This document shows positions 13,498-25,061 of a DNA stretch of 64,000 bases, in pieces. The position numbers and the translations under genes were made by a program. The notes below the pieces were generated by a model that was not told the origin of the DNA, did not search any database, and saw only the letters and a program-made list of their open reading frames with translations. Position 1 is the stretch's first letter. Each line of letters begins with the position of its first letter. Location: contig NC_086111.1 of NCBI RefSeq assembly GCF_963921235.1, forward strand, positions 48,918,001 through 48,982,000, read 5' to 3'. This stretch comes from Mobula hypostoma. Its lineage: Eukaryota.

Positions 13498-14443
13498 TAT
13501 CTTTCCCTCCCCCCCTCTCTCTGCATTCCGCAGGGATCGCTCCCTACGCAACTCCCTTGTCCATTCGTCCCCCCCATCCCTCCCCACTGATCTCCCTCCT
13601 GGCACTTATCCGTGTAAGCGGAACAAGTGCTACACATGCCCTTACACTTCCTCCCTTACCACCATTCAGGGTCCCAGACAGTCCTTCCAGGTGAGGCAAC
13701 ACTTCACCTTATGAGTCGACTGGGGTGATATACTGCGTCCGGTGCTCTCGATGTGGCCTTCTATATATTGGCGAGACCCGACGCAGACTGGGAGACCGCT
13801 TTGCTGAACACCTACGCTCTGTCCGCCAGAGAAAGCAGGATCTCCCAGTGGCCACACATTTTAATTCCACATCCCATTCCAGTTCTGACATGTCTATCAA
13901 CGGCCTCCTCTACTGTAAAGATGAAGCCACACTCAGGTTGGAGGAACAACACCTTATATTCCGTCTGGGTAGCCTCCAACCTGATGGCATGAACATCGAC
14001 TTCTCTAACTTCCGCTAAGGCCCCACCTCCCCCTCGTACCCCATCTGTTACTTATTTTTATGCACACATTCTTTCTCTCACTCTCCTTTTTCTCCCTCTG
14101 TCCCTCTGAATATACCTCTTGCCCATCCTCTGGGTCCCCCCCCCTTGTCTTTCTTCCCGGACCTCCTGTCCCATGATCCTCTTGTATCCCCTTTTGCCTA
14201 TCACCTGTCCAGCTCTTGGCTCCATCCCTCCCCCTCCTGTCTTCTCCTATCATTTTGGATCTCCCCCTCCCCCTCCAACTTTCAAATCCCTTACTCACTC
14301 TTCCTTCAGTTAGTCCTGACGAAGGGTCTCGGCCTGAAACGTCGACTGCACCTCTTCCTACAGATGCTGCCTGGCCTGCTGCGTTCACCAGCAACTTTGA
14401 TGTGTGTTGCTTGAATTTCCAGCATCTGCAGAATTCCTGTTGT
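13498..14443 (+). mobile_element. Penelope-like element (Neptune-type), young 5'-truncated copy: Cys linker, GIY-YIG and terminal repeat
   Basis: AFRRDRSLRNSLV, CKRNKCYTC linker, ORF 13725..14018 (IYC..C..C.LLYIGET.R.L..RF.EH). TSD ttctatttttt(c/g)tttc at 13482-13497 and 14444-14459. Confidence 0.93.
14312..14347 (+). ncRNA. Minimal type I hammerhead ribozyme, intact core
   Basis: Stem I agtc/gact, CTGACGA, stem II agg/cct, GAAAC, GTC cleavage triplet; stem III reduced to the ACGT palindrome. Confidence 0.85.
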
Positions 14444-14852
14444 TTCTATTTTTTGTTTCAGTTTTATTTATGGCAACTACAAGGTTTTCATTCAGGCTTA
14501 CCTGTTGGTCATATTCAAACTATCCCAATGAAATGTCTGTCTAATGAGAGCCACCTTTCCCTGTAGCCATTTTCTCTTTGTTTGCTACAAATGTGAACCT
14601 TGTTAGTTTAACACTGGAAATCTGGTTCACGTAGCCAATTATTTTGAACTGTGCCTTAACACACTGAAAGTACCTTGCTATCTTGAAAATGTCAACATCG
14701 AATTATGTTGTGCAGCTGAATGTAACAAAGAAAGATCATTTTCAGTTTGCAGGTTGTTATTAGTGATGAACACCTCAACAATCAGTCATAGCCTTTAATT
14801 ATTTGCAATGTGTATTCATGATTCAAATAAACAGGCAGAGTGTAACAAAGTA

Positions 14853-15640
14853 GACAAAAGAAACTGAAGATGCTAAAATCTGCAATAAAATACAGAATGC
14901 TGGAAGAACTTTGTGGTCACAGCATCTGTGGAGTCAAAGGTATATGTTGATGTTTAAGGTTGGGTCTCTGCTTCAGAACTGTGAGGGAACAGGAAAGGCT
15001 GCCAGCATATAAAACGAGGAGAGCTAAGAGACTGCAGGTGTTGGAATCTGAAGCAACACATAAAAAAAGGGAATAACTCAGTGAGTCAGGCAGCATCTGT
15101 GAAGTGAAATGGACAGTTGACATTACAGGTCAATTCCTTCTGTCTGGACAGTCAAAGACTGAATGCAAATTAGAGGAATAGTGCCTTCTATTCTATAATA
15201 CACTGGTAAGAAAAGACAATGCTCCAACTTCCTGTAAACTGCTCCCCATCTGCCTTTTTTCTCTCTCCTTCTGAACTATTCATCTCCCATCACTCCTCCG
15301 TCCCACTAAGTCTGTTCTTCAGCTCTACATTCCTTCCAGTGGTTGCTCTCCCTCACTACTCCCATCTGTCCTCTCCACGTCCCTCCCTTTATTCCATGAT
15401 GCGCCTTACTCTCCTATCAGATTCTATTATCTGTAGCCGTTTGTCAGTTCCACCTATTATCTCCCAGCCTCTGGCAATGTTCCCACTCTCCCCTGCCAGT
15501 TGTTACCCTATGCTTAACCTCTCCTTCACGGTTTTGTACTGGCTATCTTCAGTCCACCTTTCAGTCCTGATCAAGGGTTGCAAATGTCCATTTTCCTTTG
15601 TTGAAGCTGCCTGACCTGATGAATTTTATCTGTTGCTTCA
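14853..15640. mobile_element. Cluster of old Penelope terminal-repeat remnants (two minus, one plus)
   Basis: gatgctaaaatctgcaa, ctgcaggtgttggaatctgaagcaacac, pyrimidine-rich tract and decayed cagtcctgatcaaggg core at ~15562. Confidence 0.6.
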
Positions 15641-15799
15641 GAAGTAGGAGGGTAGAGTAGACAGCATGATCATGTGTACCAGCTTTTCAAACAACATGAA
15701 TGGTTCACTGTCTGAAATATTTGTAAATATAAAAGTGCTCTCTTGTAAGTCAATATAACTCTTCTTAACATATACTTGTGGTTCATTCTGAAGACATTG

Positions 15800-17220
15800 C
15801 AATTAGTCTGTGGTCGTTAGAAGTAAGAGAGCTTAGTGATTCTAAGAGGTGTTGACAGTGGAAATTGAGATCAAGGGACATGATGCAGTTGATATCCTTG
15901 TTACTGGAGAGAAGAATGCAGGAAAAATTGTCCAGTTCCACAGTATTTCAATGTCAGCATCACTGCCTTCTCTGCTTTTCTGTTCCTCCCAGGAATTTCC
16001 TAAGGCCTACTGCCATCAATGGCACAATGCTAACACAGGATGGTTCCACTAGGTGATGTGTAATAGATTTGCCTTGAATGCATAGGTGAACCCAGTGTAC
16101 CATTTCCATGCTATTGTTCATATTCAAGTCAAGGTAAATGAGCCCTGTTAAATGGTAATTTTAAAACTTCTAGGAAGAACAGCAATGGTGTGCCAGAGAT
16201 GAGAAAATTACTGTTTTGGATGGAGGATCAGATGCCTATCAAGTGGAATGTTTTTTTTTCCTGGATGGATACTGGGCATTGGAATGTTGCTGGAGTTGCA
16301 CTTCCCTGAGAAAGTAGAGAAGATTCCATTGTGCTGCTGACTTGCGCCTTGTGGATGCTGGGAAGACATTGGGGTATAAGAAATTATCATCTGTTGCATC
16401 ACCTGCTCTTGGTAGTGTTTATGTGACAGGTCTATTTGAATTTCTGGTCAGTAATAATACCCAGCATGAATATGATGAAAATGCTATAGAATGTCAGGAG
16501 CAAGAGCCTAGATGTTTTTGTAGCATGAATGTCACCTGCCACTTATCTATTCCTAAATCCTGATCAACAGTTCGTTTCCCCACACATGTGCTGCTTGGCC
16601 TTCTGAATTCCTACAGCAGATGGCTTTTTTTAAAACTCTAGATTCCAGTTACTGCACCTGTTGTGTCTCCATCCCAATATGTTCTCACTTCAGCCATGGA
16701 TCAGTTCCTGGAACTGGATATTGTGGAGTTAACAGGGAACATCCCTACCTTTGACCCACTGAAATGATGTGATTGATGAAGCAGCTGAAGATAACTGAAA
16801 TTGGGTAGAACTCTCTGAGAACTTCTTGGCAATGTCCTTGGAATTGGATAATTTACCTCCCACAACCTTGATCATCCTCCTTTGAGTGAAGTGTGTTATA
16901 AATTACAAAGGTGTTTTCACCTTGATGCCCATTAACTTCCATTTTGTCAGGGCTACTTGATGTCACACACATCAAAAGCTACCTAGTTATCTCACCATCA
17001 TATTCAGCATTTTCATCTGGAGTTGGACTTAGGCTGTGATGAGGTTGAGAGACAAGTGGGCTTGGTAAATCAAGGGTCTGAGGGAGGAGGTGATTTATGA
17101 ATAAATGCTACTTGGTAGCACTGTTAGTAACAATTTCCATCACTTGATGGAAATTTCAGTTTATCCAAATTAGGTTTGGCCTGCATGTTATGGCTAGACA
17201 TCACAAATGTGCTTTCTATA
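15800..17220. mobile_element. Very old LINE debris (CR1/L2-like) with an embedded Penelope remnant at ~16560-16670
   Basis: Scattered LINE-like blocks, no readable ORF. Confidence 0.35.
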
Positions 17221-18439
17221 TTGTTAAAGAGATGTTTAATATACCCTAGTAAAATGTATGAGTATAGCACCAAAAATATGCAATCATAATATCTGGTTCA
17301 CCATTTCTGAGTGACCCAAGTATGAATCATGTAAAATGGCTATGCAAAATATGGTATCAGTTGCATTGGGATAAAGATCCCTTCCTTAGTTTTCTTCCTA
17401 TATTATTAAGCGTAAGGAACACAGAATTTATTTAAAGTCTGGAAATGGGCACATAAAGATCAGTTTGATGATTCAGCTAATTTTGTGAATTGATTGAACT
17501 TCCAGCACCTTTATATTTTTGAATCAATAGAAAAGTTAATAAAACCTGATATGGATTGCTCAACATTTTCACAACAAAGATAGGAAACTTCAGGCTTACA
17601 ATGTTATTGGATGAATTATTCTTATGATCAGAATAAATGTTCTAAGAAATGGCTTGAATTGAGTTAAAGACTGTTTACATTCATATTTCCAATGTAAACA
17701 ACTTCTTTGTTGAAGGTTTGTTGTACCTCTTTCTACTTTATAAGACACTATCTATGGGTATTTGATCAATAAACACTGTAAAATAATTTGTTTCGGTAAT
17801 GCACCTTTTACTGTTAATAAAGCTTGAAAGCTTGATTTTAAAAGTTGTCTACAGCAAAGAGATTCTAGCCTTCCTTCAATATCAAGAAAAGATTTTATAC
17901 ATAATAAAAATATACAAAGAAAGAAACAGTGCAAAAAATATACATTCATGGTTAATACTTGCAGTAATGTGAACGTTGTTTTTTTTTTATTTATGTGCAA
18001 TCATGAGCAATAGCCAGATCAGAAACGCTGATCAAGTCAACTATTTCCCAAAGAGAACTCTGATAGGCCAATCAGATGGTTCACTGCTTCTCAGCGATAG
18101 ATCACAAAACAGGCACAAAGGTCGCTAGCCCATGTACCCCAGAAACACACCTGAGTGGTGTGGCGGAGGTATGTGCTATGCATGACCTGATCTGAAAGCA
18201 TCATGTTGACTCATAACAGATTGTGTTCACGGTGGAACAGCTTAGTCAAGGATGGGGTGATCAGCACAGATGGACAAATTATACCTCCACTACCCCTTAA
18301 AGTAAAGAAACAAATGAACATAGCACCATGCTATTTCTTTAGCCCCATGGGAAGAGTACTCCTTTTTCATTGTTTGATGGGCATTCCCACTGAACTCTGC
18401 CCCTCCATGTTTGGTAGTGAAAGGACCCATGACCGTGGT

Positions 18440-18812
18440 CCTTCTCCATAGAGCCTAAGCAGTTGTCGCAATTAGTTTCAGTGCATCCCTCAGCACACCC
18501 TCCTCTTGCCTGGACTGTACCTCTCTGCAGCATTTTCTGACAGACCTCTTGCTTTGCTGGCAACCACCAAGCTTCAGGCAGACCAAAGTGCTTCCCTTAC
18601 CATGTTGATGACGAAGATTGTCATCAGGATGAGAGCAATGTTGGGTAGACTTTTGCCCCCATTGTGCCTCATTTCCAACCAGATCTCCAGAACCTTCAGG
18701 TAATCAGACCTGATGGTGAAGGGGACGTTAGATCAGTCAGGCCAGTTATCAAAGAGCATGGCCTCGCTTTTCCTGCAGTTGACTTTGGCTCCTGATGCCA
18801 ACTCAAACTGGT
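18440..18812 (-). mobile_element. Tx1 (L1-clade) ORF2 fragment with internal deletions
   Basis: Minus translation gives DQFELASGAKVNCRKSEAMLF, VPFTIRSDYLKVL, GKSLPNIALILM and VREALWSA. Confidence 0.7.
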
Positions 18813-19168
18813 CTCCCTCTGTCCCTCTCACTATACTCCTTGCCCATCCTCTGGGCTTCCCCCCTCCCCCTTTCTTTCTCCCTAGGCCTCCCGTCTCATG
18901 ATCCTCTCATATCCCTTTTGCCAATCAACTTTCCAGCTCTTAGATCCACCACTCCCCCTCCTGTCTTCTCCTATCATTTTGGATCTCCCCCTCCCCCTCC
19001 CACTTTCAAATCTCTTACTATCTCTTCTTTCCGTTAGTCCTGACGAAGGGTCTCGGCCTGAAACGTCGACTGTACCTCCTCCTATAGATGTTGCCTGGCC
19101 TGCTGTGTTCACCAGCAATTCTTATGTGTGTTGCTTGAAATTCCAGCATCTGCAGATTTCCTCGTGTT
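18813..19168 (+). mobile_element. Penelope terminal repeat, non-coding 3' fragment
   Basis: Near-identical to 14093-14443; no TSD found. Confidence 0.9.
19036..19071 (+). ncRNA. Minimal type I hammerhead ribozyme, intact core
   Basis: agtc-CTGACGA-agggtctcggcct-GAAAC-GTC-gact, identical to 14312-14347. Confidence 0.85.
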
Positions 19169-19324
19169 AGTGTAAGGCTATTCTGAGATCTTGCTACCTG
19201 GTACAGCGCAGGTTTGATATTAATGGTCACCTGCTCCAGAGCAGACTTGACCCAGCTGGCTTGGGATGGGTGAAGTACCTTCCTATAAAGGAGGTTCTCT
19301 TTCAAAGGGCACTTTTGCAATCAT

Positions 19325-19490
19325 CACACATCAAAGTTGCTGGTGAACGCAGCAGGCCAGGCAGCATCTCTAGGAAGAGGTACAGTCGACGTTTCAGGCC
19401 GAGACCCTTCGTCAGGCCTGCTGCGTTCACCAGCAATTTTGATATGTGTTGCTTGAATTTCCAGCATCTGCAGAATTCCTGTTGTTTGCG
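19325..19490. mobile_element. 166-bp inverted Penelope cassette with a minus-strand hammerhead core (19384-19416)
   Basis: Minus arm 19325-19416, plus arm 19415-19490; exact TSD tttgcaatcat at 19314-19324 and 19491-19501. Confidence 0.9.
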
Positions 19491-21266
19491 TTTGCAATCA
19501 TGTTTGGAGATGCGTGTCCTCACAGTGAGGGTTGGAATGTTGCAGTAACCCTAGAATATTCTCGAACTTGTGCATTAGGTCTTGTACTTCTTGGTTTCTG
19601 TTGTGTTAGTTTGTAGTCATAAGCCAATTAAATGAATATTAAAAGGAGTCTCATTAATCTGGCTGTGTCACAAATGCAAATGAAAATCCGTCAGCTACTA
19701 GCTTTTCCTTTATTGCAGTCCATGTGATTTTTCTGGATTTAAAAAAAAGCTATTAGCGTGATCAGAAAAACATCCCAGAAAACGTGAAACTTGAATTTAT
19801 GGTTCTTTTCTCTTGTGGTTATATTTCTGTTGAATGATTTTCTTCTGATTCGTTGTGTTTTATACTTTCTGTCAAATGCAATTTTACATCTCGTTTCCCT
19901 TGTGGTGTGTCATTGTTTTCTTTCAACCTTCGGATCTTGAATAATTCACTACTGTCGCTGAAGGGCAAGAGCAGCAATTTAACACCTATCCACTAATATA
20001 AAAAGATGTATAATTTTCATCTTTGTTGGAAGTGAGTGACAGTAGCAGATCTGCTGTCCATTACATTGTTAAAGCTAAGAAAATCAGGCAGGGTGCATTT
20101 TGGGCTGAATATATATGACTGCAGATTTTGCATCCTCATCAAAATTGAAAGCTGCTCCTCTGGACTGACAAAAAGTTGCATATAAGAGTAAGTTAATTTC
20201 GTTTTCACATAAATTTCACTGTTGAATTTCATTAAGCCAAATTTCTGTTGAGGATATCTTATACTTATCAACATTTTTCCAACTCCATTCTTCTCATTTA
20301 AGATCACCTTGTCCCTCTGGTCCTGCAGTTAATTAACTACTAATGATTCATTGCCTTATTCCCAAACTCACAGATTTTAATAGTGGCCTCATTTTAATAA
20401 AGGACAAGTTCTCCTACTTCGGCTATCTATCAAAAATAAACTAGTATGAAAACTACTTGAGTATTTTTTTTTAGTTTCAACGATAAGTATTCCAGATAGC
20501 ACCAGCTATAAAAATTCGGACCTCCAACCACTGAAGTGAATTCAATTGATACCAGCAGCTGCTTTTTACGGATGTTCTGGCTTTTGTTCCAAAGAGTACT
20601 GATTCATGTGTGATGAATGCATTCCATTGAGCAAAATGACCACTTGCCTTGTATAATCAACGATGACCGGAATTGGCAGGAGTTCTGATAATCCAGAACG
20701 TTAAGGCCGGTCTCCCGTAATCCTTCTTCAATGTCCAACTGGCTACCGTTTCTGCTTGGGTTCATGTTAAACTTACTCCAGTCACTCAACTTGAGGGCAG
20801 TGAAGTCAATTTTAACAGCTCTGTGCCACCTAGGGTGTCTGTTTGTACAGACAGACCAGGGGTTGAAAATTAAGGTTTTGTTTTCCTGAACTTTTTATTT
20901 GATTTAAGCTAGACTGCGAATCAGGTAGATGCAGGTTGATGTAGTTGGAAGAGTATAATTTCTGAAGCGATGTTTTAAGATCTCTTAATTGGCAGCTGAT
21001 ATAAGATCACTCCTCCTTAAATTATGCAAAGATATTTTTCTGATTGATGCTTTCCTTTGAATCAAAAAGACAGACAATGATGCCAGTCATAGAGTTTCTT
21101 CTTTGGCAGCACCTCACAAACAAGAATAATTTGATGACATGATCCTTCTGTGGTCCTGAAGCGACAGAAGGGTGCCAAATCCAGCTGACTGGCCACAATA
21201 TTTTTATCCATTTCTTTCCAAATTGTTTTTATAAAAGTTTGCTAATCTTTGTGTTATTCTTCTTGA

Positions 21267-21950
21267 AAGTTCAAAGTAAATTTATTATTAAAGTACTTAT
21301 ATGTCACCATATAAAGCCCTGAGATTCATTTTCTTGCAGGCATACACAGAAAATCCAAGAAACACAATAAAAACAATGAAACACCACACCCAACAGGATG
21401 GACTAACAACCAATGTGCAAAAAACCACACACAGTGCAAATACAAAATAAATAAATAAGCAAGAACATGAGGTGAGGAGTCCTTGAAAGTGAGTTCATAG
21501 GTTGTGGGAACATTTCAAAGCTGGGGCATGAAGATGAGCAAAATTATCCCCTCTGGTTCAAGAGCAGAATGGTTGTGGGGTAATAACTGTTCCTGAACCT
21601 GGTGGTGTGGGTCCTGAGGCTCCTGTACCACCTTCCTGATGGCATCAGTGACAAGAGAGCTTGACCTGGTTGGTGGGGGAATCCTTGATAGTAGATGCTG
21701 TGTTCCTACAACAGTGCTCCATTTAGATGTGCTTAGTGTTGAAGACTGCTTTACCTATAATGGACTGGTCTGTATCTACTACCTTTTGGAGGATTTTCTG
21801 TACAAGGGCATTTTTGTTTTTAAACACCAGGATGCAACCAGTCAATATACTCTACGTCACACTTCTGGAGAAGTTTGTCATAGTTTTGGTGGTTAGATAT
21901 TACGCCGAATCTTCTCAAACTCCAAAGGGAATGGAGGCGACATGTTGCAG
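21267..21950 (-). mobile_element. Rex1/Babar-type LINE 3' fragment
   Basis: aagttcaaagtaaatttatt 3' end; ctgttcctgaacctggtggtgtggg...ccttcctgatggca block shared with other copies in the window. Confidence 0.8.
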
Positions 21951-22593
21951 GCTGCTAACAGAACTTACAAATATACCTCTTCTGAATTACTCTTGAAAGT
22001 CAAGTATCACATTTTAAGAGTTTCACAAGAACAATTTAGAAGATGGTAATTTCTCTTTTTATATCAAAGCATTTGCATTTGGGATCAGAGGAGTTTACTT
22101 GGAATAAGACTTAAAATACAATTAATTAAGCTTTGTTGTCAAAGAAACAGAAAGAAAAAACAACAATTATTATCCAGTTGCAGTAATTCAAAAATATTTC
22201 ACATCGTTTGCGCGGGGAGATGCCCGGCCTTGAGTTATATCTTTCTGGTTTTCTAACTTCCTCCTCACTTCTGATCTCTTGTGGTTAAAGACAAATAGAA
22301 ATAGAAACAAATGTTGGCATTTGCCTTTAAATAGAAGGTTACTGGTGAAGGATCTACACTGCAGTATAATGCATATTTAGGAGCTACTTTATTTTCTTTG
22401 CTAAGGTAATTTGTAGTGATTGAATTAAATTGCTTAGGTTATAAGATTTATTCGGTACATTTACTTGCTATCCATTGAATAAGAAATATTTTTTGTGTTA
22501 TCAATACCACCTTGCCTTGATAAGATGTTTTAAAATATGCTTTCAGAATAAAAGGAGAGATAGCAAAAGGTGATAATGACTAATAAATTCTTC

Positions 22594-22817
22594 AAAGTTG
22601 CTGGTGAACGCAGCATGCCAGGCAGCATCTCTAGGAAGAGGTACAGTTGATGTTTCGGGCCGAGACCCTTCATCAGGCCCTAGTCCTGATGAAGGGTCTT
22701 GGCCTGAAATGTCGACTGTACCTCTTCCTAGAGATGCTGCCTGGCCTGCTGCGTTCACCAGCAACTTTGATGTGTGTTGCTTGAATTTCCAGCATCTGCA
22801 GAATTCCTCGTGTTTGC
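22594..22817. mobile_element. Palindromic Penelope cassette with two divergent hammerheads (22644-22677 minus, 22682-22717 plus)
   Basis: ~85-bp inverted arms; exact TSD actaataaattcttc at 22579-22593 and 22818-22832. Confidence 0.92.
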
Positions 22818-22834
22818 ACTAATAAATTCTTCTC

Positions 22835-23830
22835 AGGTTTCCATTTGGGTACAGATATCTATTTTAACTGACGTTTTAATGACAAACTCTGCTATCTTCA
22901 TCAGGGATGATATCTGGGCATGTCTAGTTTGGAGGTATATATACCCCCGTTGTCGTTCCTCCTGATTGGTTAGTCCTCATCCAATCAGATTTCTGCTCTC
23001 CCACCTTGTTTAAGATCAAATTCCATTCTTACCCTGAGCAAGAACTTCATCTTTGTTAAAATTGTTTTCCTCCAGCTTTTTTTTCAATGGTTTCCTTCCC
23101 CAGGTGGTCCCAAAGTCGGTGGCGCAGCACAGTAGTTTTGTGCCGTCAAAGTCAATCCTGTGCCATTGCAAGTGCAATATTCTGCCACCAATGATTTCTC
23201 AGGTAACCCCAAATGAAAAACATCCTGCGCTCCTTGATGCGGGTTTCCACCATGCATCCTGCCTGGCCAATGTATGCTGCTCTGCATTCACAAGGAATCC
23301 TGTAAATGCCAGCTGTCTTGAGTTCCAGGTCATCTCTGACCTACATAAGCTGTGATTTGAGCTTCCTTTTGGCTTTGTGGATGGTACTAATCGGGTATTT
23401 CTTCAGGATCCTGGCGATCCTTCCAGAAACCATAGAAATATCAGGAAGACAGGTGGTAGTGATGGGTTCCTCATTGTTAGGTTTTGGGAGCCAATGGCTT
23501 TTGGGACCACCCGGTGAAGGAAGCCATTGAAATAAGACTAGAGGAAAAGAATTTTAACAAAGCCAAAGTCTCGCTGTAAGTAAGAACTGGAATTCAGTTG
23601 TAAACAAGGTGGAAGAGTTCACACTTGATTGAATGAAGACTAACCAATCAGGAGGAACAGATGACAGGGGTATAAATACCACCAGACTGGACATGCCTAG
23701 GCATCATCCCTGATGAAGGTGACAGCGTTTATCATCAAAACATCAGTAAAATCAATACTTGTAGCTACTTGAAAGCTCGGGAAGAGTTTATTTGCCATAT
23801 ACTCAGGGAAAGCACCTGATCCTTTTTCAT
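22835..23830 (-). mobile_element. Second Penelope-like family (Poseidon-like): GIY-YIG remnant with an inverted copy of its terminal repeat
   Basis: Minus translation SGRIARILKKY...AGIYRIPCECRAAYIGQAG...ETRIKE. 23495-23830 (+) is an inverted copy of the 3' part. Hammerhead-like cores at ~22868-22910 (-) and ~23705-23746 (+). Confidence 0.85.
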
Positions 23831-23924
23831 GATAATGACCAGTTATTCACATAAGGGACCTCCTACTATACTTGGCTGTTTTGTGATATATTGAAATTTT
23901 GGGCAGTATAGCCACATATCTCAA

Positions 23925-24286
23925 CAGACTAGGTGTATAAGATGATGAGAGGCATTGATCGTATGGATAGTCAGAGACTTTTTTCCCAGGGCTGAAATGG
24001 CTAGCACAAGAGGGCACAGTTTTAAGGTGCTTGGAAGTAGGTACAGAAGCGATGTCAGGGGTAAGTTTTTTATGCAGCGAGTGGTGAGTGTGTGGAATGG
24101 GCTGCCGGCGATGGTGGTGGAGGCAAATACGATTGGATCATTTAAGAGACTCCTGGACAGGTACATGGAGCTTAGAAAAACAGAGGGCTGTGGGTAACCC
24201 TAGGTAATTTCTAAGGTAAGGACATGTTCGGCACAGCTTTGTGGGCCGAAGGGCCTGTATTGTGCTGTAGGTTCTCTATATTTCTA
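23925..24286 (+). mobile_element. CR1 3' fragment
   Basis: TRGHSFKV...FFMQRVVSVWNGLP...FKRLLDRYM; ttctctatatttcta tail. Confidence 0.9.
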
Positions 24287-25061
24287 GCTACTGTATATTC
24301 AGAGACCAGCTATTGAGAAGACCAGCAGAATAATACACAACAGAATATGAATGAGAAGGCTAGAAACTTACTGATGTTCGGAAATCTAATGATACAATTT
24401 CTTGTTCTGTCATGCCTGCCAGAACTTGTAAAATATCCTGCCATTATTAAATTAAATGCTCTATAAAACTAATATCATTCAAATTGCTGTCCATAGGAGC
24501 CTCTGATCATGAAAATCCCCTGAGTGTCTCACCTAGGCTATCTACAATATCATGCTTTGAAGCCAGGCATGTTTGATTGAAGTGTATGGGTTGGCAAGTA
24601 TTCAAAGGCCGATTTGCATCTTAAAACAATAAATTCCATGTATATAAGACTGCAGTAAAAATCTACAAGTGTTATTATAGAGCTGTAAATGAAAGCCTCG
24701 TAAAGACACTCCTGTGTACAATTATGCTTCAGAGTTTTCCCAGTCACCTGTCAGCTTATTATTTAGCATCTTGTTTACATATTTTTATACAATTGCTGAG
24801 CATTTTCTTAACATAGACAAACATAGCAATATTACCCAGACCAGGAAACAATGATCTGGCCATAGTCATTATAAACTGACCTTCAGTATTACTGAATAAT
24901 ATAACTGGATGAAATTTTGTAACGTAACATTAAATCATGTTTTCAAACTTAATAAAATACATCTGTTCAGTTCATGATAACAAAAGGAATAGGTATCTGG
25001 AACTTCCTTCCTTCAGTTAGAAAAAATACAATGTCATTTCCAAATGAAGCTTTTCCTAATG

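Noticed and set aside
12842-13714. 157-aa and 166-aa ORFs
   Set aside because: They span LTR/unique/Penelope boundaries; only the C-terminal part of 13214..13714 is meaningful (Penelope linker).
22204-22230. Short CpG-rich patch cgtttgcgcggggagatgcccggcc
   Set aside because: Too short to call a CpG island or promoter, with no supporting context.
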